64,000 nucleotides of DNA from the NCBI GenBank assembly GCA_028534125.1, contig CM052817.1, positions 106,580,001-106,644,000 of the forward strand. The letters run 5' to 3'. Position numbers and translations under genes: made by a program. Of the stretch, positions 1 to 13,300 are shown in pieces. Origin of the DNA: Lama glama (lineage: Eukaryota). The notes under the pieces are model-generated. The model searched no databases, was not told where the DNA came from, and saw nothing but the letters and a program-made list of their open reading frames with translations. Each line of letters starts with the position of its first letter. The stretch's first letter is position 1.

Positions 1-318
1 ATTACAATAATCTCCTTCAGTGAACAGTGAAATCTGGGAAAAATTTGATTTCTAGGCCATTTCTCAAATGGTCTGAGATTAAGAAGTTTCATTTGGGGCA
101 AAACATGTAATGATAAAATACTTTAAAAAAATTTTCCTCCAAAATTAAACTAAAGCTTACACTGCAGTGTCAGCAATCAGTATAGATATAGAATAGAATA
201 CAATATAAATTAGAAAAGAATGTTCATAAAATAATCTATATTCTAATAGAAAGATAAATGAAAACTTCATTTTTTATTTCACTAAAAGTTTATTTAAACT
301 ACAGATACTTCCCTCACC

Positions 319-393
319 ATTTCAAATGTTACTTAAATTTCAAATGTTACTTACATTTACTAACAATTTTAAATGTTACTTCAATTTACTAAC
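319..393. repeat. Degenerate short tandem repeat (AAATGTTACTT core x3)
   Basis: ATTTCAAATGTTACTTA at 319 and 337, AAATGTTACTT at 371; ATTTACTAAC repeated twice. Confidence 0.8.
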
Positions 394-1964
394 TTCCAAA
401 ATTAAAAGTGTTTTATAATTATATGAATTTGTGGTTATTACATGTTACACTCACACTTGTATCATAGACCAAAATACTGTACCAGCAAGAACAAGGAAAA
501 ATCTATTAATGAGGATTAGCTTTGTTTCTTTTCTGAGAACGCATAACAATGTAATTCAATGAAACTGAAAGCTACAAGCTCTTTAGCTAGGCCCCGTGGG
601 TAGACAACAAGATGGTTGGATTTGTGGCAAAGCACTTGGACATATAAGGATATATTAGAGGCACCAGGACCATGCGAAACAAAATATCCCTGAATATGGA
701 GGGATACTGCAGCCTGACCAAGTCAAATGACCTCAAGTTTAGAAGAAAACTTTTGTTAGGTCATTGTTTAGATCAGATCATTGTAATTTAGGAAATAATT
801 TATTCCATTTGATGTTAGTAACATTTCTTATCCACGAACTCTTCATCCTGTGATTCCCAGAGAACATATTCTAACAATGGAAACTAGTGAACAACCCTGA
901 AGTTAACAGCATCTCTTAGAGATATTAAATGTCTTGTATGCTGTCATTTTCTATTAAAAAAAAATAGAACCATACTTTCTCTTGAGTACTATTACCAATA
1001 ATTAAAAATGAAAGATTTATGAGCTATCATAGGAGTGATTTCAGGTAGATGTGGGGCAGAATTATCTGAGAATTTTTCAATGAACAGTAATCAACACCTT
1101 GTCATCAGAAGCTAGATTCAGGAAATAGTAGTCGATATCCCATTAGACTTCATAAGACCATGTTGATTTTTTTAAGGAAACTAAAACAATTGAAAGTGAA
1201 TTTCAGTAAGTGAATGAATAAAGGGGCTAACCCATAGTAACAGGAACTGAATTAGTCACCACTTCTGTTCTAACAAGAGGAAATTTTGCAAGTCATTTTG
1301 AAGCATATTAACTAATTATTTATTAAACTGTGTACATGGATGTCAGTAACATTGTGTTCAGTTTTCTAAAATAAATTCCTTTTCAAGGGAAACCTATCGT
1401 TGTAAAACATGCTTTTATATCAAATTAACTGTTAAAAAGTATAAAACTAAATAGCTCCTCCTAATAATTTTAGGTAAAAATGAGAGCAATCTAAGAGTAA
1501 TGACTCTTAAATTGTATATTTTTGAACCAGAGACATTATACTTACTAGAATTTAATAATAACTGATTACCATGAAGAACTGTCAGTTCACAAGAGTGGCC
1601 AAGTGCTTCAACTACACTATGTGAAATGAGCACCAAGCTCCAAATGAAGGACTTGGATTTAAGCCAGTTTTGCACACACTGGCTACGTTCCTTTGCACAA
1701 ATCATTCAACCGTGTGAGATCTGATAAAGTTCCCACTACTTCTTAAAAAAAAAAAAATGTACACCTTAAAAGTACTACTTGAAAATCAAAGAAACCTTTT
1801 TGAATTGAAAAGGTTGAAACTTACCTTGATGGGTAAGGCATTCTGTTTCTCGCACTACTCTGTTCAATACACCCCAGGTCAGTAGGGAGGCCATAATTCT
1901 AGCAGCATTATGACTTCTGTTTCAAATTACCTTGGTAGTCATAGTCCTGCTTTATTGGTCCCTG

Positions 1965-2001
1965 TTTTTGAAAGGGAAAGGGCCCCTTCCCCTTTCAAAA
2001 A
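1965..2001. repeat. Near-perfect 37-bp palindrome
   Basis: TTTTTGAAAGGGAAAGGG-C-CCCTTCCCCTTTCAAAAA: 18-bp arms, one mismatch, 1-nt centre. Confidence 0.9.
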
Positions 2002-3045
2002 ATGTTCATATTTGGCCTCTATATGATAAACTGTCTCTAGGCTGGAGGTCACCGAACATTTCCCCCACTTTGGCGTAGAAAATGGCACCAGGCTGACGTT
2101 GTGGGAGCTCCTCTGGGGTGTCATTGGTGTTGCTCAAAGGCATATATGAAGAACCCCAGTGCAAGCTAAGTGGCTCGTGGAAGGGATGGGAAGCCCAGCA
2201 GACAAAACAATATCCTGCAGGGACCTGCCTGACTCCCTTGTGAGACCCCAGACACCCTTGGAAACATTGGGAAAGGCTTCCTTTGCAGTTACTGGGGTTC
2301 TCATCCTTCCTAAACTGCCTAAGATGAAAGAAGTACCAGTCACTGGGATTTAAACGGGATTGTCTCAGGGTCCCCCTAGATAAGCATCGAGTTTCCTTAA
2401 GAGTACCATGTAACCAGAAAGTTGACTGGAGATCTCTTTTCGCTCATATAGCTCATGTTACTAGGCTGGATACTTGGATGGGGAGACAAAAGTAGAATGG
2501 GAATCCTGGAGATAAATATAACTACTCATTTAACCCTTTTCTGCTTTGAATAAAGGACAGGCTTATTAAGGCAATGTTTGTATGAGAATTTCCCTAAGAA
2601 TCTCTGTGGAAGAAGACATTACTTTACACTGAGAATTATCTCATCAGTCATGAGTGCAATAAAGCTCTCCATGGCCTGGATACTTTAATGTGTTTAAATA
2701 CCTTTCAATCAAGACACTTTGCTTCTTGCCCATTTGCTTCTTGGGTACATGATAAATTGGTCTTCAAGGCTTGACATTAGTATGATTAGGGTATGTTTTT
2801 TTGAGAAAGTGGCTGAATTACACTGCACTATTTAAAAATTCACTCTAAGATTTTAACATCCCTTTCTTACTCAACAAAAAATAATTTGAATTATCAGACT
2901 TTCTCAACCTGTAAGTACCCTATAAGCCTGAAGCACTAGACTGATTTGTTCCTTAACATAAATTATACCTTAACATGAATTATCCCAGTCTCCTCATTAT
3001 ATTGCCTAAAACTGATGTTCTGTAACCATTTATGTTTCTCTCCCC

Positions 3046-3135
3046 AAACTTAAGTTCTTTGAAGGATGAGTCCATGTCTTATTTACCTTTGTCTCCCTGG
3101 CATCTAGCAGAATTCCTGGCGCATAATCTGTTTCT
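3046..3135 (+). mobile_element. L2 LINE 3' end fragment
   Basis: AAGTTCTTTGAAGG...CATGTCTTATTTACCTTTGTCTCCCTGGCATCTAGCAGAATTCCTGGC resembles the L2 terminal consensus (from memory). Confidence 0.55.
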
Positions 3136-3760
3136 GGAATCATACAGAAGGAGTAAGAATGTTATCTAGGAATGGAAATGGGCTTTGAGTGGACGTTGTC
3201 TGCACTGTGGGACAAGTTAAGGATGGGAACATCTATGTACAACACTGGATGCCCATAGAGGCTGGGGAAAGAGGCATGGGGATAGGATGTGGCGAGGGAG
3301 AAAGCAAAGAATAAAGGACACATTTTACTCGTTGGTAATTTTTCTGAGAACTCTGAAGCAGCCTTCCTGAGCCAGCGCTGGGCTCATGGTCCAGTCCAGG
3401 TGTGAACGCTCATTGATTCCCAGCGTCCTGCTCAGGAGCTGTCATTTCTCTGCTTGAGATCCTCTCTTCCTTCACTTCTCCCTACTCTCCTCTCTTGGAC
3501 GTGATTGGTCACCACTCATTTGTCATCGGCCCAGGGCTGGGCAGAGCTGGGATGGGCTGGGAAGCCACTGCATCTGAATTTCAGGAATCATGCTGGCTCT
3601 TCCTGTGACATGCAAATCCTTGGCATGCCAGCTTGCTCAAGAGGAGGGCTTGGGCTTAGACCTCTGTTCCTGACCATGGCAGGGGAGGGACCCGGGTGTC
3701 CCTAGCCACGCAGCTTATAGACGGTTAGCACAAAGACTTGAGTTTCTTTTTTGAATTCTT

Positions 3761-3856
3761 TTTGTTTGTTTGTTTGTTATGGAGGTACTGGGGATTGAAC
3801 CCAGAACCTTGCACATGCTAAGTACTTAATCTACTACTGAACTATGTCCTGATCCC
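3761..3856 (-). mobile_element. tRNA-Ala-derived SINE (camelid vic-1-like), short form
   Basis: Reverse strand has A/B boxes (...GGGTTCAATCCCCAGTACCTCC) and an (AAAC)n tail; 16-bp TSD TCTTTT(T/C)TGAATTCTT at 3745-3760 and 3857-3872. Confidence 0.85.
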
Positions 3857-5299
3857 TCTTTTCTGAATTCTTAATGTATGAACCGTTTAGATCTCTGCAG
3901 TGGCTCAAGCTATTACAGATGGAGTAACCATGCAACACTTACTACTTTTTTCTCCCTGTGTTTCCCCAAGAAACACTGTCTATACTCTTCTGAGCTTGGT
4001 ACAGATCTTGAATTGTCTTCTGCCTTGTTTATTTACCAAAGATGATGCTCAATACTGTGAAAACTGACATATGTGTTTTAACTCAATAGTGTGCCAGTGG
4101 AATCATTCTAAGTCAAGTCTATTTAATAAGGTGTAGGCAGTTGATGATACATTGAAAATTCTCCTTAAAAATAGTTTTGCTTTCAGTTGCCATTACCACT
4201 AAGCAAAATTAAGAAGTCAATTCAGATTTCAAATCAACAAAAATTTCAGTGCCTTCTATGTATGTTTTCTCTTTTCCTTTGATGCCCCCTACAGTAACTA
4301 CTTCAAATCAAACAATGTAAATAAGGGGAGCTTATTGTGTTTGCACACTTTTTAATGTTTGATCTAAATTTTGCATGACCCTTTAGAGGGATTCTGATTC
4401 AAGAAATTTGGATTCATGAGTTTGGGATTTTAGCTGCACCCAGTTACTGAACACTTTAGCAAGCTGCTGTTAGCAATCAGCTACGAACCGTGACTATATC
4501 CATTGAGGTTTTCTTCTCAATTTAATCAAAATAATTTAAAGAAAATTGAAAAGGGAAAGATTTGGGAGTGGGCAATTATCTGAAGTGTTGTATATGGAGA
4601 ACCAAAGCTCTACTAATTGGTCAGTTTTTTAAATAATCTCTGAAGCTTATTTTCTGCAAAAAAAGGAAAGGGTGAAAGAAAATGTGGTATTTGTACTACT
4701 AATTACACATCCTGGTAGTAAAATCCCCATAACTGAATTGTTTCCATGAATTAATACCCAAAAAATTACACATCCTATACTGACTGCAATGTTAAAATTC
4801 AAAGTAAATTACAAACGTTCACTGTAGCCTTTCTGTGGTCGCGACAGTAACAGACAGTGAAGCATTACCTAGCCGATCTTAATTAAGGATGGTGTCTCAC
4901 TGAAATCATGATTAATAGAATTTAAATTAATCTCTGTTTAGGAGTCATTGTTTATCGGCTTCATTTTAATAACATTTATGAACATTATAATAACTTAAGT
5001 AATTAAGCAAATAATCCTGTGGTTCTGACTTCTAGCTATTTAATATTTAGGTAGTTTCAAACAAAAGCACTTTTTTAATTTAAATAAATATTACCCAATT
5101 ACTTTCTTTTGAAAGAAGAAAGGATTGCCTAGAGATCTAAGATGCTGCACAAGCAGGTGGGAGAGATTAGATCTTGTGTAGATTCCAAAAGACAAACAAC
5201 GAGTTTCCTGGAAAGTATCATGTAGCTCAAAAGTTGATTGGGAACACTCTACCACTCACATAGCTGTGATTCCCAGACTGGATGCTTGGAAGGAGAAAA

Positions 5300-5700
5300 A
5301 CGCAGCAAGGAAATTCTAAAGATAAAGATGATTTTTGATATATCCCCTTCCCAATGTGAAGTAAGTGCAAGTTTGTCGGGCAGTATCTGTGTGAGAGTGT
5401 TGAGTTTACCGCACACCTGCCAGCACCCAATGTTATCAAACGTCGGACGAACAACAGCAACAAAGATGGCGGTCTTCTGTTCTCCCCAGTTCCTTGAGGA
5501 TTAGTGGTTTAAGCCTCTGTATTTTATTTTTGGATTAACCATCTGAAATTTCTCTTTCTGAGATGCTTATTCACACCCTTTGCCCTTTTTAATTCCGATG
5601 TTTGCCTTTTTCTTGTAAATATAGAAAGATATTCACAAATACTAGACCTTTAAAACCCATTTATACTTCAAATGTTTTCTTTTGCAAAGAATGGTATAGC
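5300..5700 (-). mobile_element. Old L1 (L1ME-type) fragment
   Basis: Degenerate similarity to antisense L1 ORF2 3' region (TATTCACACCCTTTGCCCTTTTT...); boundaries uncertain. Confidence 0.4.
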
Positions 5701-6087
5701 ACAGTTATATAGTGAGGAACAAAACATAACTTAAACATATGAAATATGCATATACGAATGGGACATTTCATCCCATCCTAACCTGCTTGTTTTCTTTCTA
5801 AACCATGACCTTGTTCTTCATACCTCAACATATGCCCTTCTTATTCTTCATACTTTTATTCTGTATTGGTGATTAAATTATTTTTTAGAAATAAGATTGC
5901 CTAAAACAGGTTATTTTAGAAGACACAAACAAATTCTGCATAATGCCATGCATGGAATTAAGATATAGCAATTTTTTAAAAATCATTCATTTTAACCTGC
6001 CCAGAACATAGTAAACAAATGAGTGTTTTGGGAATCCCTTGAAGCTATTCAATCCCTGGCCTCTACCTGCCTCCCATCCTCTTCCAA

Positions 6088-6122
6088 TGTGTGCATGTGT
6101 GTGTGTGTGTGTGTGTGTGTGT
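6088..6122. repeat. (TG)n microsatellite
   Basis: Directly visible. Confidence 0.95.
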
Positions 6123-7385
6123 ATACTGCCTTTCATTGTACTGCTCAATCATTCCAGTAATTATTTAGTCTTTTTGAAAAATCCCATAGCTTGTGACTTA
6201 CTGAAGATAATTTTAAAACATATTGCCAGTTGACTGATAGCTAAATATTCAGAGAGTAACAAGGCGATAAATTTTACCGCTTTATATCTTAGAGTCAGGA
6301 TTCACATATTATAAAAGTTATACTGTAAACTAGGCTTGTCTCTCAGTGTGGTTATTTGGAATGCCTATGCTTGTAGGTCAGTGATGCAACTGTCACACTA
6401 CAGCATATTTGCAGAATTACTTTCAGAGGCACAAAAGCACCAATAATGTAATCATACTTCACATTGTAATACATACCAAAGTATATGTTAAGGGCTTGTT
6501 GTCTTCCTGGTCAACAGATCACTCTGAGTTTCTTTTATACTATTGCCAAAATGTAGTGCTCCACTGCAGATGGTTTTGGCAATATGTGCATACTAGCCTT
6601 ATTCTGTGAGCACGTTAAGGATAAAAACTGCTTCTTTCTCAAGTCTGAAAGCCTTGTGTGATATCTCAGTGCAGGGCACATGGCAAATGCTGAAATAAAT
6701 ACTTTCTAAATTCTAAGTTGTTCTAGCTGTGAAGACAATTCTCACAGACTCCTTCCAAAATGTTCAAAGTCATGGCGCATCACTGGAACAAAGGCAAAGC
6801 TTCCAGGCTGACCATTTTGGCTTGGGCAGCATTCATTTGGATATCTAGACTCTTGGCGTGTTTTTTGGAACCAGAAAGAAGTTTCATTATTCTGACATAG
6901 TTTTGGCAAAAATCAGTGTAAAAGGGAGTCCAATTCAGAAGAAGAGCAATGGGAGTCATTTGTGGGGATGCAGTAACATTCCAACTCAAGCAAACATCCC
7001 TGTGAATCAGGGTCATTGATGGTAGTTGGGGAATGGCATTGCCTAGTCTCTGAAACAAAAAGACTTAGAAGAGCTAAACATAATGTCTGACCAAGCACAC
7101 TGGGGAGATGTTATGGTCATTAAGTCCTCCACATTGGCTTAAGAACTAAAGAAAACACTCAGCCATGTAGTGAGAGGTGTAAAAGACGATTATTCTAAAG
7201 CCATAGACTGATTTAGAATTCATTCCCTAAATACTGATTTAATGACAGCAACTTTAATCCAAGGCTCTGCAAGATGGACAACCATGGCTGTGGGTAATGT
7301 CTTCTGCTGAGGTCAGGATTAGTTTAGGAACTGAGTGTGTAATGTAAAGCCTGCCCAATAAGCTCAACTAAGTTGGTCTAGACCA

Positions 7386-7588
7386 TAGAGCTGTCCAACG
7401 GAAAGTTCCCTGTTGATGGAAACATTCTAAGGCACCACTCAATATGGGACTCACTAGCCATGTGTGACTTTCGAGCAGTTGAAATATGGCTGGTATGACT
7501 GCGGAACTGAATGATTAATGTTAGTTATTTGTATTTAATTTAAATACAAATAGCATTGTCTAAAGGCTACCTTACTAAATAGCACAGG
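7386..7588 (+). mobile_element. MER3 (hAT-Charlie) non-autonomous DNA transposon
   Basis: GCTGTCCAAC...GATGGAAACATTCT...CACTAGCCATGTGTG...TTGAAATATGGCTGG...GGAACTGAAT...GGCTACC matches recalled MER3 consensus. Confidence 0.75.
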
Positions 7589-7594
7589 CCTACA

Positions 7595-7808
7595 GCAAAA
7601 AGTTAGGAAGCTATCACCCATGGTCAAATCTGGCCCACCACCACTTTTTGTAAATAAAGTATTATTTTGTTTTATTTATAACCATACTCGTCTGCTTACA
7701 TATGGTCTGTGCTCCTTCACATGACGTGAAGGATGGATGAATAGTTGTGACTGAGATCACAGGACTTGCAGAATCTAAAATATGTATTATTTGGCCCATT
7801 AAAGAAAC
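7595..7808 (+). mobile_element. MER58A (hAT-Charlie)
   Basis: CAAATCTGGCCCACC...TTTTTGTAAATAAAGT...AGTTGTGAC...CTAAAATATGTATTATTTGGCCC. Confidence 0.75.
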
Positions 7809-8789
7809 CTCAGGTTTACAGAAAGCCAGGTTTACGGTCTTATTTTGGTTCACCATATTGATGAGCTATAAATGGTCCAATCAAAGCAAAAATCCAATCA
7901 AAGAACAAAAATTTAGTGGACATTTGGAAAATACTCAAACTTAATCTATCCCAGTAATTGTTAGCTTTGAACTTTATTTGCCATTGCATATTTAGTCTAG
8001 AAGAGAGTGAAGGTTCTTGATGGCAAATGTGCTGCAAGGCCATGAGGGCAAAGGTAAGGTAACATCTCATTCATGCTTGCATATAGCATAGTACTTAATA
8101 CAGGTCTAGGGAAATGTGTGACAGCCAGTGATTTGCTATTGTATTCAATTTAATCAAATGGAAGAGTCATATGCATGTCTCCAAAAAGACTAGACCCAAA
8201 CTAGACAGCAAACGTGATAAACATGACATTTTTCCTTAAGTCTATAGGATTTTATATTCATCTCTTTCAAAATGTAATTTTCGTTATTAAAAATCACTGA
8301 GACTGCAATTTGAATAAGAAGTGAGTTTTTGAGTTTGTCAAGTTTATGGTATTTGTAAGTTTCAAAGGCTAATCATATTCATTAGGTGATTTTAAATTAT
8401 AATTAATTTTAGCAACAAGTCAAGGTCTTTGAAAAAAGTCTCTCTTCTCTTTCAAAAGAACTTGGGGTTACTCTATAAAGTTTTTGGGGAAAAAACTGTT
8501 TCACAATGAAGCATGAAGATGACCTGCACGATTACGATTTTTTCAAGTGCAGTGCCCCTGAGAAGGTAAAGAAGGGACATTTTCCTTAAACAGCAGCATC
8601 AGAACATTCAGTCCTGGTGACCAGTCCAGTGCGAGACCACTGCTCCCAAATCACTTGCACACACATTGTGTACACTGTTCCTTTCACAGACACAGAAACA
8701 TTTAAGTGATGTTGGACCTTAAGGAGCTAAATATAGTAACTGAAAAGAAAAAAAATCCTTCATCTTGTTGATCAGAAAACTGATGTCAG

Positions 8790-9378
8790 TAGTAGCCAAC
8801 ACATGGAAGCAACCTAAATATCCATCAACAGATAACTGGATAAAGAAGTTGCAGTATATTTACACAATGGAATACTACTCAGCCATAAAAAGAACAAAAT
8901 AATGTCATTTACAACAACGTGGTTGGACCTGAAGATTATCATACTAAGTGAAGTTAAGCCAGAAAGAGAAAAAAATACCATATGATATCACTCATATGTG
9001 GAATCTAAAAAAATGAGACAGATTTATTTACAAAACATAAACAGATTCACAGACATAGAAAACAAACTAATGATTACCAGGGGGATAGAAGGGGTGCAAG
9101 GGAAAATTGGGAATTCAGGATTTACAGATACTAACTGCTATACATAAATAGATATTCAACAAAGCCCTGCTGTATAGCACAGGGAACTATATTCAATATC
9201 TTGTAATAGCCTATAATGAAAAAGAATCTGAAAAGGAATATATGCATATGTGTATGTATATGTATATTACACACACACACACACATAGATATGGCTGAAT
9301 CACTATGCTGTACACCAGAAATTAACATAACATTGTAAACTGACTATACTTTAATTAAGAAAAAAAAGAAAAGAAAAC
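8790..9378 (+). mobile_element. L1 3' end (ORF2 C-terminus plus 3'UTR), cetartiodactyl/camelid type, 5' truncated
   Basis: ATGGAAGCAACCTAAATATCCATCAACAG...GGAATACTACTCAGCCATAAAAA...TGTATAGCACAGGGAACTATATTCAATATC...TGTAAACTGACTATACT plus A-tail. Confidence 0.9.
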
Positions 9379-9999
9379 AACTGTTAACAGGCTAAGAGCT
9401 GATGAGGCCAAAGGGGAGAAATTTGGCCAGCAGTTCTGGAATTGTACTTATGCCAAAGATAAGGTTTTGAGTTTTAAGGAATGATAAATAGTATATCAAT
9501 TTCAATAAATTATACTAGGGTTAAAATAAGATGATGTAACTAAGAATTAATTAAAATTACAAATAGTATAATTAAAGGAAGGAAAGAATACATTACTCTC
9601 TGGATTATCATTAGGTTCATTGATCAAGAACATGAAATGAATGTTTTAATATTTTTAATGGTTACATATATATGATATGTTTTAAGATATCCTGATGTCT
9701 TCTGTCTAAAGAGTAGTCAATAAGAGTTACTGGAAAGGCTTTATCTAAACTCTTTTTGAAACATATGGGGGAAAAAAAAACACTTAAAATACATCTAAAA
9801 TAAGAAAATAAATATATAAAAGGTAAAATGGAAAACTAGAAATTCTCTGTCAAGATATCTAGAATCTTCCTTACTAGTGAATAAAAAGTTAAATCAATTT
9901 TTCTATATTCAGGAGCTAATTCCTCAGCTAACATTTTCTGCGGTGAATTGAATGCAGTGACTTTTCAGTGGAATAAGGTTTTCTCCACTCCATTTAAAT

Positions 10000-10125
10000 A
10001 CTCACTTATTTTCGCAGTTACCAAATATTTTCTGAGAACCTACTACACACTTGCTGAGATGCTGAGGATATCAAAATAAACACCACATTGCACCTACCCT
10101 CGTGGAATTTACATTCCACCTAAGA
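10000..10125 (-). mobile_element. L2 3' end fragment
   Basis: CAAATATTTTCTGAGAACCTACTAC...GATGCTGAGGATATC...CCCTCGTGGAATTTACATTC. Confidence 0.5.
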
Positions 10126-10318
10126 AGAAGGGATTCTTAATATTTCTACAAATATCTGGTGATACTCGATTACTGAAACACCAACATTTTTAGACAAACA
10201 GTAACTATGCAGTTAATGTGATTTACTAACCATTTCTACTTTCCACTGGTTCTACTGAGCCATGATATATTTATGTATCTGCAGCATGAGTGGAAAATGA
10301 ACCTCTGCTGTCTCCCTT

Positions 10319-10515
10319 GAGGGTTGGCGACTATAGCCCATGGGTCCCATCCAGCTCATCATGTGTTTCTGTCAACAGTCACACTCCTTGGATTACATAC
10401 TGTCTATGGCTGCTTTCACGCTAAAACGCCTGAGTTGAGTAGTTGTGGTAACTACTTGGCCCACAAAAAGTAAACTATTTGTCATTTGGCCCTTCCCAGA
10501 AAAACATTGCTGATG
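10319..10515 (+). mobile_element. MER58A (hAT-Charlie)
   Basis: GGGTTGGCGACTATAGCCCATGGG...TGTCTATGGCTGCTTTCACGCTA...GAGTTGAGTAGTTG...TTTGGCCCTT. Confidence 0.8.
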
Positions 10516-10584
10516 TACGTTAAGTCACTAAGACTTGGGTGTTGTCTATTACCTCAACATAACCTAGTTGTTAGGGGCTGAATT

Positions 10585-11084
10585 NNNNNNNNNNNNNNNN
10601 NNNNNNNNNNNNNNNNNNNNNNNNNNNNNNNNNNNNNNNNNNNNNNNNNNNNNNNNNNNNNNNNNNNNNNNNNNNNNNNNNNNNNNNNNNNNNNNNNNNN
10701 NNNNNNNNNNNNNNNNNNNNNNNNNNNNNNNNNNNNNNNNNNNNNNNNNNNNNNNNNNNNNNNNNNNNNNNNNNNNNNNNNNNNNNNNNNNNNNNNNNNN
10801 NNNNNNNNNNNNNNNNNNNNNNNNNNNNNNNNNNNNNNNNNNNNNNNNNNNNNNNNNNNNNNNNNNNNNNNNNNNNNNNNNNNNNNNNNNNNNNNNNNNN
10901 NNNNNNNNNNNNNNNNNNNNNNNNNNNNNNNNNNNNNNNNNNNNNNNNNNNNNNNNNNNNNNNNNNNNNNNNNNNNNNNNNNNNNNNNNNNNNNNNNNNN
11001 NNNNNNNNNNNNNNNNNNNNNNNNNNNNNNNNNNNNNNNNNNNNNNNNNNNNNNNNNNNNNNNNNNNNNNNNNNNNNNNNNNNN
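10585..11084. other. Assembly gap (500 N)
   Basis: Run of exactly 500 N; the round number suggests a placeholder length. Confidence 1.
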
Positions 11085-11129
11085 TTCTGCCTAGGACTTC
11101 TGTTCCTAATTTTCTTGTCTACATGAAAA

Positions 11130-11410
11130 AGAAAAAAAGAATAAAACCTTGCTAAATTGTTGTGGGACAGTAAATGGGAAGGTTCTACGCACTGTGAACA
11201 CCAAACAGATGAGGGAATAAAGTTAACTAAGAGGAGGCACACAGGTAAATTTAGGAGTAATGAAAACATTGTATATCTTGTCAAAGGTGCTATTTACAAA
11301 GGTGCTATATACATTTGTCAAAATCCAACAATCTTACAACTGTGAACCTAAAGAGTGGATTTTATTGAAAGCAAAATATACCTTAATAAATCTGACTTAA
11401 AAGAAAAAGC
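11130..11410 (+). mobile_element. Old L1 (L1ME/MD-type) 3' end
   Basis: ATGAAAACATTGTATATCTTG...TACATTTGTCAAAA...ATACCTTAATAAA; internal 15-bp tandem duplication CAAAGGTGCTAT. Confidence 0.6.
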
Positions 11411-12101
11411 CAACTTGATCACAAGGCACATTTGTCTACATTACACATGAATCAAACCACATGGAGATATACATTATAGTACATCAGTAGGACTTTTGGC
11501 TGAGACTTATTGTTTTATTACAAAAAAAAAAGAAAAAGACAGACGAGGCCAATAGAAATTTTAGTACGATGTGTTTGCCGAGAACTACATCAAGCATCAA
11601 ACTCCCAGCCCCTGCAGCAGCGGAGGCATAGCCCACATGTGGCATAGAGGCCGTGGGGTCATTTGCCTTTGAAGGGACCGTGTAGGCCTGGGCACTGAGC
11701 ATCCTAAAGGCAACCATGAGACATAATATCACAGTCTCCTTCTTAGGGTTTTGTTTTCATTTGTTTTCAACAGTGCTTATCCCCCTAATTAGGGAAAGGA
11801 GCCCCCACGATGATGAAAAGCCTCAGGGGGGGAACAATCTCTCTCTCTGTTTCCCTTCCCTGTCTCTCTCCTCCTCTTTCACCCTCTGGCTTTACTCTCC
11901 CAACTGGGATCTGTGCCCTTATGCCTCCCAGCACAGTTTTCACACTGTGTTGTAACTTTCCCCTTAATTATCTATCTTCTCCTAGAACACAGACTGTGTT
12001 CTATTCTTTTGGCTCTAGTTCCAGCATCTGTGGCTGAGCAACCGGTAAGGTTCCAAAACTAGCTGTGGAAACAAGAAGCCCAGGGAGGGACCTGGGCTGG
12101 A

Positions 12102-12148
12102 GGCCCCGCCCCTCAGAGCGTGGGGCGGGGCCACAAAAGGGGCGGGAC
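12102..12148. promoter_or_regulatory. Cluster of three GC boxes (Sp/KLF motifs)
   Basis: GGCCCCGCCCC (12102), GGGGCGGGGCC (12122), GGGGCGGGAC (12139) in a local GC/CpG-rich patch. Confidence 0.45.
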
Positions 12149-12639
12149 CTGAGCAGTGCCCTCCCCCTACTTTCCGCGGAAAGCGCTGGTCCTCCCAGGG
12201 CAGTGGGTTTCGTCTCCGTGGCTGGTGTGAAACAAAAGTTCTTGATTACTCCTCACAGAGGACCCTGCCTGCTTATTCAGGTCCTCTACAGCCATGTGGA
12301 CCAGCTTCCTGATTAGGGCAACTTGTTCCAACTGTTGCGGCAAACCCCTTTATGAGACGTGCAGTGCAGTCCTCGGAGGCTGACCATCTACTGTTTGAGA
12401 ATCCTGTGGAAGATGCTCCTCTCTCTGTGTTCCCTGTGGCTTCCACAGGAACTCCGATTCATCTCAGACTCTGGCAAACATCTTCTCAGCAGACACTCTA
12501 GAAAACCGGTTACCAGCCCCTCTGTTGAAGCCCTGTCCGCTTCTTGCTCTCAGCCTCTCCTTGGATGCTGAAGAGATCCTGTGAGCGGCCTCTCTGGCTA
12601 AGCCTCTGAATACACAAGGAGGCCCCACCTGAGCCTCCA

Positions 12640-13300
12640 TCCCACACGTCTCCCCTTTCCTTGTCGTCCTCTGTCTTTACAATGAGTCTCATGCTTTTTC
12701 ATTCTTTATCCATCATGACTGATTTCTTTCTCTACCAACAGAGGCCACTCTGTCATGGCGCCCACGTTTTCACTGACTCCCCCCTCTTTACTGAGAGCCT
12801 CATTCCCCACTCTCCTCTGCCTTCAGAGCCCTCCTTTTTATTGAGTTCTCTCAATATTTCATATATTTTTCTTTTACCCCTACCACCAGCTTTCTCATTT
12901 TGTCACCAGTGAGCTCTGTGGCACTGCAGCATACCTTCCCCGAAATGTCCAACTTTTCACCCTCAACACTGATCTTCTTCTTGTTACCAGAGCCATTTTG
13001 ACCTCCGTATCCCACATCTCTGATGAACTCCATACTGGCCTTTTTCCCTTCTTGCCCAGAGCACATGCAGATATTAGATCTTCTTCTCCATCCAGACCTC
13101 ACTTTGGCTCTGAATCCCACCCACTCCCCTGACCCCACCTAGTCGCAGGGTATCAGCCTCTTAATAAACTTGATGGACCTCATGATTCTCACTGACTCAT
13201 TTGCAGGCATCCCCCACCATCTCTCTACTGCACCATCACCAGCTCCAATGTTTAACCCTATGTCTTACTTGATTCCAACCTTACTAAAAACTGTCCCAAA
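12640..13300 (+). mobile_element. Degenerate L2 interior fragment
   Basis: Pyrimidine-rich C/T-skewed sequence with L2-like phrases; weak. Confidence 0.35.

Noticed and set aside
1820..1965. Minus-strand exon candidate with AAG|GTAAGT donor
   Set aside because: Acceptor is weak and ambiguous, and no partner exons or coding signal were found
5463..5472. YY1 motif AAGATGGCGG
   Set aside because: Single motif within a probable old L1 fragment, with no promoter context
10568..11284. Longest ORFs in the track (195 and 237 aa)
   Set aside because: Artefacts of reading through the N gap
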